Assembly (NCBI GenBank): GCA_963575745.1
Contig: CAUYUJ010000299.1
Location: forward strand, 62,001-115,689
Reading direction: 5' to 3'
Origin: Prorocentrum cordatum
Lineage: Eukaryota
DNA length: 53,689 nt
Both the position numbers and the translations under genes were made by a program. Shown piece after piece: positions 24,543 to 33,400 of the stretch; the first letter of the stretch is position 1, and each line of letters begins with the position of its first letter. The notes below the pieces were generated by a model. That model worked only from the letters and a program-made list of their open reading frames with translations. It made no database searches and was not told the DNA's origin.

Positions 24543-25470
24543 GTCCCCGCCGACGCGGCTGGCGAATGCGCGGCCGATCGGTGTAGTGCGGAGTGGGCTC
24601 CGCGGTACAATGCCCCACTCAACACGGTGCATCACGTCTCGGGTAACTCAAACGGCAGCGAAGCTCGATCGAACCGATTCGATATCGATATGCCGACACA
24701 TGATGGTGACGATGTACCTCACACCGTGGCATGACCCTACCTAGTGGTGGTAATGTTGGTGGTGCGTATGGGTGGTAGCCGATGTGGTAGTACACTGGTG
24801 GGTCTACATTCACACCCGACCAACCGTGTGGAACGATCGTGTAAGATGTGTTGGTACAGTGATGGTGTCACGTGGTATGTATTGTGGGGGTGGTGGTGGG
24901 ACATACGTGCTGTCCATGCTTCTATACCATTCGTACCGAACTCATGCGGCATCTGGTCTATGCCCAGAGGGACCACGTTTTGCTGATGTCGCACAGCGCT
25001 CAGCGATAAACAGTCAGGCGTCCCGTGCAAGGTGCGCAGGATGCACGCCTACACCACGAGTGACCGAACTCATGAACTGAGTATAGAGAGGGATGGGGTG
25101 GGGACAGGGCGACCATGAGGAGGAGGATGCTGATGAGGCGGATGATGGTGATGAGGAGGAGTATGCGGAGGATGTCTCCACATAATAACATATAAGGTGA
25201 TGGTGAGGAGCAGGAGCAAGGGCGGGAGAACTGTAACAGCGCGATGGTGCAGCTGTACTTGCGTGCCTGCCGTGTTGGCCCGCTCTCTAGTACGTTGAAC
25301 TCCGTAACCGCCGACGTGCACACCCTTCGTGCATTGGCAAGTGTCCCTCAACCAAGACCCAAGACACCCCATCGCCCTGTCCAACGCAAACCCGCAACAC
25401 ATGCCAATACACGCACACACATCGCCTATACGCCCCTCTAGAGAGCAAGCTCGAGCCTTATGTGGCTCTA

Positions 25471-27293
25471 TCAAAAGTCTGGAATCTCAGTGCATCTGGG
25501 GGCCCTGGGACGCTGCGGCTGCACAGGCTGACTATCGGACAACGGAGCTGGACCGACTGGCGTCGGCGCCGTCTGCGACGCGACGGGCTGCTGGGCCGCA
25601 TCTGACGTGGGGGACTGGATCGGGTCCGCCGACGTCGGCTTCTTCGGCGTCTCCATCGCCTCGCCCGATCTGGGAGCCTTGGATGCATGCTCGTGGGCCG
25701 CATCCGATGCATCCGACGACGGCCGCTTCATGGCCGCACCTCCTGCCGCCGCTGGCCTCCTCCGCGTCGCCTCCTCGGCCTCATCCTCATCCTCGACCTC
25801 GGGCGGACATGTCTCCACCGTCACATCCTTGGTCAGGAAGGCTGCGATGACCGACTTCTCTTCGACTTCTGTGTCCGATATGGGCGACTCGTCCATGTCA
25901 TTGGTGGCCGCACCTGCATGGCTGCCCCCGCCTGCTCCTTGAACTGCGCCGACCTCGGCGGCCACATCTGAACTGGCCGCATCGCCAGCCTCCTCCTCTT
26001 CCGCTGCATCCTCATCCTCCTCAGCCCCATGCTCCTCATCCCCTGCTTCATCTGCAGCTGTGTCGTCCTTGACAGGCTGCCCGCCCTCGGCGGCCGCGGC
26101 CTCCTTTGCAGCCGCAGGCTTTTTCGGGCAAGCTGCCGCTGGCCGCTTCCTGGCGCCGCGTGCGTCATGAGCCGCGTTCTCCATGAGCCACTGCCTCTTG
26201 GCGTTCTCGAGGTTCGCCTTCGGCTCCCCCTTTGCGTACCTGGCACCCAGGCTCGTCAGGAACTGCGTCGCGTTCGACTTGTCAGCATAACCGACGAGCT
26301 GCATAACCTGTGTCTTTTTCCCCCTGACGGCCAACTGCAACCACTCCTTGTCGTGCTTCTTGACCAGCTTGACCTGCAGGGCGGAGTCCTCGTACGGTAT
26401 CTGCCACAACACTGCATCTGACACACCAGTTGCAGCCGCCAGTGTATCAGCTGCCGACGTACCAGGCACCTGATACGACGATCAGCCAAGACGAGCGTCA
26501 TCGGTATTCATCGATATCTCACTGGTATCGGTGAATGTCGGTGAGGCGTCGGGTCGGCCGATCGTCGCGATTGGGGGACGTGGTGTGTATTGTGAGCTCG
26601 TGCGCCTTCCACGTCATGGGGTCGGACTCGTCGGAACCTGGCCACGTAGCCACGAGCCGTTTGCTGTCACTGTATACACATGCTGTCGCGTAGTCCGGCT
26701 GCGCACTGGGATTGTCCACTGGTACTCGCCACGCCGCCTGGGAGAGTCAGGATATGCTACCCCCGCCCCCTCCAACCAGCGCACCGTACACGGATGTATC
26801 CATATCATGGCTGCTGCGATCGACCGATGGGGTACCCCCGACGCTGACCGAAGCTAGTGAATGCCGATGCGAGCACATGGCCCCCATAATCCCCCGACCA
26901 GTCGATCATCGCACCATGATTGGCACTCATTCATTCAGTTTGAACGTGGCGTGACTGAGCGAGTCGATACGGACGTAAGCCTACCCTCATCGTTCGAACC
27001 GATCGCGCGTGCTCACTACCCGTTGACATCTCAAGCGATTTGGGCAAGGACAGCGCGAGACGCTTCGAATAACACATGCGAACTCTAGGCTGATGGTGAT
27101 GATGAGCACGACGAGACGAGCAAAACCTTGTGTGATATCGCACGCATGGCGAAACGGTCACGAGCGACGATATCATCTAGTCGATCGTGTCTGGGTTGTC
27201 GCACGTGTTCGAGTCAACCGATGTGGATGAGGGTGATGCTGACACTGATGATGATGAGGATGATGATGATGATGATGCTGATGCTGATGATGC

Positions 27294-27326
<33 letters not shown>

Positions 27327-30091
27327 GGTTCGCGACTGACTTCGATGCGACTGCGGGACCCGATCGAATATTGGGGCAACCGACGGGGAATGGGACGGTG
27401 CATTGCGATGGTGTAGGTGTGGGGTGTGGAGCATGGTTATGTTGCATCTGGCCTGTAGCTCCTTATTGTAGCCCAGCTTGTAGCCGTTCTTCTCGTCAAT
27501 GAAGTCGATCATCTGGCTCTTCGCATGCTTCGTCACCGTGCGGCTGTCGGGCCGCTCCTTCGGGGCAGCGTGATGCCCCCTAGTGGCGGATGTCCGCCCC
27601 TCGGTGGCATCACGCCATCTCTACCTGAAGAGTTGCACGGCTAGCGTCAACTCTCAGACAGCAAATTCAGCACCACCATCATAATCAGCATACCCCGAAT
27701 CATCATCACCATCATCAGCATCATCAGCATCACCATCACCGTCAGCATCATCATCAGCAGCAGCACCACCATCACCATCAGCATCATCAGCATCATCATC
27801 ATCACCACCGTCAACGTCGTCGTCACCCTCAGCATCAATACCACCATCATCATCGTCGCTTGTACAATCATATCATCGCCGCACCATCGGCAACATTACC
27901 ACTATCATCACCATCATCTATACCACCCTCATCGTCATAGCCATTACCACACGCAGCGTCACCGCCGTCATCGGCACTGCCACCATGATTATCATCGCAC
28001 CCGCCACCATCCCCAATCATCATGATCATACGGTTTAGTCTCGCCAGAATACCCGCCGCCCGTGCTCACACTCTTCACCACCCCCCATTCATATACCACA
28101 GTCATTGTTCCGCATCCTAACCCCTGACCCATCTTCGTTGTTCCAACACGTACCTTCACGAGCTGCGCATTGTTCATCACATCGATAAGCATCTGGATTT
28201 CAGCATCTGGGACGTCGGCATCAATTGCGTCCCTCAGCACGTGCACTTGGGACTCCATCATCGCGTCCCACAGACCCTCCACGGCCTCAACCCACGCCCA
28301 CGCATCGTCACTCGCTTCCCTCATGGCGCTCAGCGCGAACTCAGCGATGTCCTCTGCTCGTCGGCCTCCTCATCCTCCGTCCTCTCCTCATCCTCCTCCT
28401 CGTCGTCCGCGTCCTGCTCCCCATCCCCCTCCTACAATCTCTCCCCCCATCACCCCCCCCGCCCTCATCGGCACCCTCCTCGTCCTCCTCCTCCGTATCA
28501 TCCTCCTATCCGTCCTCCCCCATCCTTCTCCTCATCCTCGTCCGCGTCCGCCTCCTCATCCTTCTCTTCGTCTTCTTCAGTATCATCATCCTCATGATCC
28601 TCATCGTCATCCTCCGCATCATCATCATACTCATCAGTGTCACCAAGCTCAACATCCTCCTCATCCGCATCCTCCTCCTCGCCCACATCATCTTCTTATT
28701 CCTCAGCATCCTCCTCCGTATCATCCTCCGCCTCCCCCTCATCATCATCTAACTCGTCCCCATCAGCCTCGTCCTCCTCCGTGTCTCCGAACCCCATCCA
28801 AACATACGCGGGTCCTTGTCGGTTGTCTGTTCGTCGTCCAGGGCAAACTGCTTGACCCACTCGGGCGACTTGGGCTTCCTGGCGGATGCCCGCCCCCGCC
28901 TACCCCCCATTGGCCGCCCGTCGTTTCTCATTGTTCCACTTGTGCCATCTGCGGAGATGGGCACAGGCAGCAATGACGAGACAACTGGGGCTGAGGATGC
29001 ATGGCGCGGCAGAGGATACGTAGAGTGAAGGGAGGGGGGAGGAGGAACTGGACAAGGGCTGAGGGACGCAGCATTAAGAACCAACGTGGAGGCGGGATGC
29101 ATGCGCCCTCAGCCCCGTGCATTCCCCCGTTTCGCTCAAGCCCGATATCCTGTTGATGGCCTTATTCACGTGGCGCAACATCGCCCTCATCATATTAGCA
29201 TTGTCCGTCGCCCACGCTCGAGTGGACTTGCTCAGCTTCCACCTGCTCTCATTCGCCAAGGCCACCTGCAGCAACGCAGCCTGCGCGAACGAACGAATGA
29301 ACGCGAGCCGCGACGATCGGCCGACCTGGACGTCATCGACGCTCACCGCATATCACCGAAATCGGTGAGCGTCGGTGAGCTCAACATCGGCCGATCGTCG
29401 CGACTCGGGAGAAGAGATGTTTAGGTTCGTGACGGAATGGATGTGATGAATAGGAACGGTTACCATTGTGTTAATAACCGTTCCTACCCACCACACCCCA
29501 GGGCTATGGCCTCGGCCACCTTCTGACATACACCTCCGACGCGGCACACTGCTCTGGTAGCCCTCAGCAAGTCCAGTTGTTTCACCAGCTCCTCTACATT
29601 ATGCTCATCCTCGAGATTTGTCGTGTAGTTCAACCTTATGCGGGGGGGCGCCATGAGATGGATAGGCACAGCATGATCAGTGACCATCTACGTATGAGGG
29701 GGAACGAGTCACCCAACGGACGATCAGCGTCATTGAGGGGGAGGACACGGGCAATCCCGCACAACAGGCTTAATCATAGCGAGGGGAAGCCCGACAGATA
29801 CGGGCAATGATACATGCAGGGCGTACAACGCTGATAATGTCAAGGTGGGGGGCCAAGGGTAGGATGCCAGGAGCGAGTATGTGCACGACGGGTCTGTCCT
29901 CAGCTCCTCTCTCACATCGTCATCCTCATCCTCATCCTCATCCTCATCTTCCTCATCAGCACCGACCGCCGCAGGGTATAAGGACGCGGCTTGTCTGGCA
30001 CTGTGATGTGCTCCGTCCACACTGCAGCTAGTTTCTCAGCGTCTGCATTACTGGCTGGCCGCGGGGGTGCCTTCGATCCTTTTGGGGGCAT
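25471..30091 (-). CDS. Transposon cargo gene A (~548 aa): KRPAA-repeat protein, putatively DNA-binding. Exons 30091-29991, 29634-29520, 29280-29150, 28878-28815, 27557-27453, 26737-26606, 26469-25471
   Basis: Seven exons keep frame across GC, GT and GA donors and AG|G acceptors (VPDK|LNY, CQK|AAL, INR|KPK, DK|ERP, ELQ|AAWR, TWK|VPG); basic RKRPAAA/KKPAAA/MKRPSS motifs in the tail. Confidence 0.7.
26476..26567. repeat. Intronic CpG-rich hairpin, copy 1
   Basis: Arms CGACGATCAGCCA ... TCGGCCGATCGTCG with inner CATCGGT/ATCGGTGA motifs. Confidence 0.75.
29305..29406. repeat. Intronic CpG-rich hairpin, copy 2
   Basis: GAGCCGCGACGATCGGCCGA ... TCGGCCGATCGTCGCGACTC (19/20), plus inner arms ATCGACGCTCACCG/CGGTGAGCGTCGGT. 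Confidence 0.85.
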
Positions 30092-30123
30092 CCTTACAGA
30101 CCACTCTTAGTCATGTGTGGGAT

Positions 30124-30142
30124 CTCAGCCAAAACGGCTGCG
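30124..30142 (-). other. DinoSL-like relic 32 nt upstream of the gene A start codon
   Basis: Minus strand CGCAGCCGTTTTGGCTGAG versus CGTAGCCATTTTGGCTCAA (15/19). Confidence 0.5.
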
Positions 30143-30454
30143 CACCGTTCTCCTCCCCTTCCTCAGCACAAGCATTTCTTTTCTAATCCTCTCTTGTCTA
30201 ATCCTCCTGCTCCACCCTCTCTCCGCCCCCCTCTTCCCCCGCTTTTTTTGTTTTTGTTTGAAGAAACACTGCGGACAAGGGAAAGGAACGCGTAACGCTG
30301 TGGACAAGACGGTCGAACGCTTGACGCGCACGGGCTATTAAGAACATGTCTGCAATTTATATGTAAAACAACACTTTTTCTGCACGCAGAACGCATCGGG
30401 ACTATTTATAGTCCTGGGTATTATTTTTAGTCCCGATGTTTAGTTAGCACAGCA

Positions 30455-30486
30455 GGACTAAAAAACAGTCCGGTCAGACCTCAGGG
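30455..30486 (-). repeat. Right terminal inverted repeat
   Basis: GGACTAAAAAACAGTCCGGTCAGACCTCAGGG; reverse complement CCCTGAGGTCTGACCGGACTGTTTTTTAGTCC. Confidence 0.93.
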
Positions 30487-30488
30487 TA

Positions 30489-31840
30489 CTGTGGACAGCT
30501 TTCCTGGGGAGCTCTGGGGGGCTCTCCTGAACCGCTTCTGAAGCACTGCCAGCGACGCTTCCACGCGTGCCTGCACGCGTGCGGGCACGCCTGGACGCGT
30601 GCCGGAAGCGCTCCCGGACCCGCTGCCGGGACCGGCGAGTTGCTGCGAGGATCGTGGAACGGCGGAGGTGGGGTGCCCTCCTCGCCACCTACCTCCGGCT
30701 TCTTCTCTGAAGCCCTCAGCTCTCCAAGGAGCTATCTGGGAAACACCCGGAGGGCAAAGAGGCACTCACACTGGAAAGCTTTCCTGACGAGCTCTGGGAC
30801 GCTCTCCTGAAGCGCTTCTGAAGCGCTGCCAGCGACGCTTCCGCGCGTGCCTGCAAGCGTGCAGGCACGCGTGGACGCTTGCTGGAAGCGCCCCCGGACC
30901 CGCTGCCGGTTCCGGCAACTCGCTGCGACGAGCGTGGAGCGCCAAGGAGGAGCTGCTGGCAGGCACCACCACCGTCCGGCTTCTAATCTAAAACCCTGTA
31001 GCTCTCAGAGAGCTCTCAGAGAGCTCTCCGGGGAAAACCCGGAGAGCAAAGAGGCACTCACACTGGGAAGCTTTCCTGACGAGCTCTTGGAAGCTCTCCT
31101 GCAGCGCTTCTGAAGCGCTGCCGGCGACGCGTCCACGCGTGCCTGCACGCGTGCAGGCACGCGCGAACGCATGCCGGAAGCGCTCCGGGACAAGCTCTGA
31201 CCTTAAACAGGTCGCTGCGACGATTCTGGAGCGCCGTGGAGGAGGTGCTGGCAGGCACCACCACCGTCCGGCTTCTAATCTGAAGCCCTATAGCTCTCAG
31301 AAAGCTCTCCGGGAACTTTTTGGGAGCCGCTGGAAAACCGAGCAAATTGCTGCGAGGATGCCTGCCCGGGAGCCTTGGACAGGAGCTGGCATAGCCCTGC
31401 CTGCCAGCTTCTAATTCCCGGAGGGCCCCTTGTGGGGCTTGAAAGTCGTTAGAGAAGAAGCTGGCGGGTGCGCGTGCTCTGGCGCACTCCCGCCCTCGCC
31501 GCTCCACGATCCTGGCCGGGTGTTGCAGCGGGTCCGGGAGCGCTTCGAGCACGCCTCGCCGCGTGCCTGCACGCGGGGAAGCATGCGTAGATGCGTCGTT
31601 GCTGCGCTTCCATAGCGCGCCTGGAGAGCACCCCAAGCGCCATCGCGGGAGTTTTCCAGCGTCTCCACGCACGCGAAAACGCGTGCGTCAGGTCGCCAAA
31701 CACGCGTAAACCGTGCGCGTGAGCGGCCCGGGGAAGGACTCGGGTTGCGGCCCTGGCGCTGGGAGCCAGGGTTGCGGCCCGGGGAAAGAGACCCCAAGTT
31801 GCGGCCCTTTACGAGCCGGCGGCAAACCGCCAACCAGGTT
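30489..31840 (+). repeat. Palindrome-core repeat units, then the first part of complex repeat copy 2
   Basis: 30540-31200 resembles 6120-6760; 31280-31840 resembles 8200-8764. Confidence 0.88.
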
Positions 31841-32304
31841 TGCGGGCTTTGCGGTGGGGTCCTCCAGCACATGCAAGCAGCGGTGCTCCCCGCGGCCACC
31901 AGGCGCAAGTGGCTCTACCGAGCGTGTGAGACGCTATCTATAACAGACGCAATCTGCGAGATTGCGTGAATTAGCTTCGAGGCGGCCGTTAACTCACAGA
32001 CCGTCACGGTTGACTCCCTATCGAGGCCAAACGCCTCCTCGGCAATCACGTGACACTGTATAGCATTTTTATGTTCTACAAAAGCCTGCAGCCACCAGCC
32101 TCCCCCAGCCCCAATATCCGAGGTGCCTCCGTCGAAGTAACCTCTCAATCCTAACACTTTCGAAGTATATAAAGGGGCAAGATACTCGTTTCTCTTCGAT
32201 GTGTGTGGGCAAGCTCTGCAAGCCCACGTGAGTTCATCAGCATAACTGTTACCCTCCCTATAAATATGTTTGATTGGGTCAGCCCCCGCGCACGCAGTTC
32301 TCAA
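31841..32304 (-). mobile_element. 464-bp insertion, probably a 5'-truncated retroelement end, with a CAGGTT target-site duplication
   Basis: CAGGTT at 31835-40 and 32305-10; single copy in the empty paralogue at 8759-8764. Confidence 0.8.
31915..32304 (-). pseudogene. Truncated RNase H-like coding fragment (end of one RNase H domain, then the start of a second)
   Basis: KHIYREGNSYADEL matches the C-terminal RNase HI motif; it is followed by YFDGG...GAGGGW...TVTVCELTAA, the N-terminal D and E motifs. Confidence 0.75.
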
Positions 32305-32411
32305 CAGGTTACCGCCAAGACCCTCGTAGAGCTCTTTACACGCGTAGCGCTGCTCGGTGCACAGGGAGGAAGCTTTCTTTAGTATCGGCTTGAAAATTGG
32401 AGAATATATTG

Positions 32412-33000
32412 GTTAAGCGAAGGCACGCGTGCACTAAACGGAGAAGGAGGAAGAGGAGGAGGAGGAAGGAGGACGAGGACGGAAGAAGGACAATGATGAA
32501 CTCTTTCAATGGCAAAGCGGCCACGCGCACCACCCTGATGGCGCGGGTCCGGCGGGACGCCGCGCCGCCCGCGCACGCGCGCAGTGGCGCGCGCGCGTTC
32601 TGGCACGCCCTGCTGCCGCACGGCCCGAGAGCCGAGCGGAGCTGGGTGCACAGGGAGCAAAGCGGGGTGGGTGGGCCCCCGAGTCCTGGCTCGATCTCGA
32701 GCCCACGACTACGGACCCCAAATGGCTATGGCAAAGCCCCCACTTCCCTACGCTGAACCTGCAGTCTACCAACATAACAGACTATACAAGTTAAGCGAAG
32801 GCACGCGTGCACTAAACGGAGAAGGAGGAAGAGGAGGAGGAAGGAGGACGAGGACGGGAGAAGGACAATGATGAACTCTTTCAATGGCAAAGCGGCCACG
32901 CGCACCACCCTGATGGCGCGGGTCCGGCGGGGCGCCGCGCCGCCCGCGCACGCGCACAGTGGCGCGCGCGCGTTCTGGCACGCCCTGCTGCCGCACGGCC
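32412..33000 (+). repeat. B2-spacer-A2-B1 terminal repeat block
   Basis: 32412-32625 matches 32790-33000; 32676-32789 is identical to 46482-46595. Confidence 0.95.
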
Positions 33001-33400
33001 AAAACCAAAAGAACGCAGCCGCGCGCGGGCGAAAGGCGCCCGAGCGCGCGCGACCACTGGCCTGCAAGCCTGAGGCCTTCCTGGAGCGGGCGCCAGGCCG
33101 CCCCGGCTGGGCAGCGCCCTGCCGGCGGCGTGCAACGCGCGCCCGAGCCGGCCCCCACGGCCTCGCCCAGGCGGGGGGGCTAAACGCTCCCCAGGGCCGC
33201 GCGTCGCCGGCCCGCCGGCGCGGAATCGCGCACGCGAAAAGCGCTAGCCGCGCGCGTCGCGCAGGACGCGACTCAGTACACGCAAAGAACGAGCGCGCGC
33301 ATGCGAAAGCGCACGCGCGAGCTGGAGGCGCAAGCTGGCTGCAGCCCAGTGGGCGCCACGAGGCCCGAGCAGCCCGTCGCTCCCCCCGGTCCTCCTCCTT

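Larger units (their letters stand above)
10767..30486 (-). mobile_element. Giant (19.7 kb) CMC/CACTA-like DNA transposon carrying a DNA methyltransferase and several cargo genes
   Basis: 32-bp TIRs (28/32 identical); TA duplicated at 10765-66 and 30487-88; joined flanks match the uninterrupted paralogous site GCTCTGAA-TA-CTCTGGAAAGC at about 4693-4713; internal DDE transposase. Confidence 0.93.
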
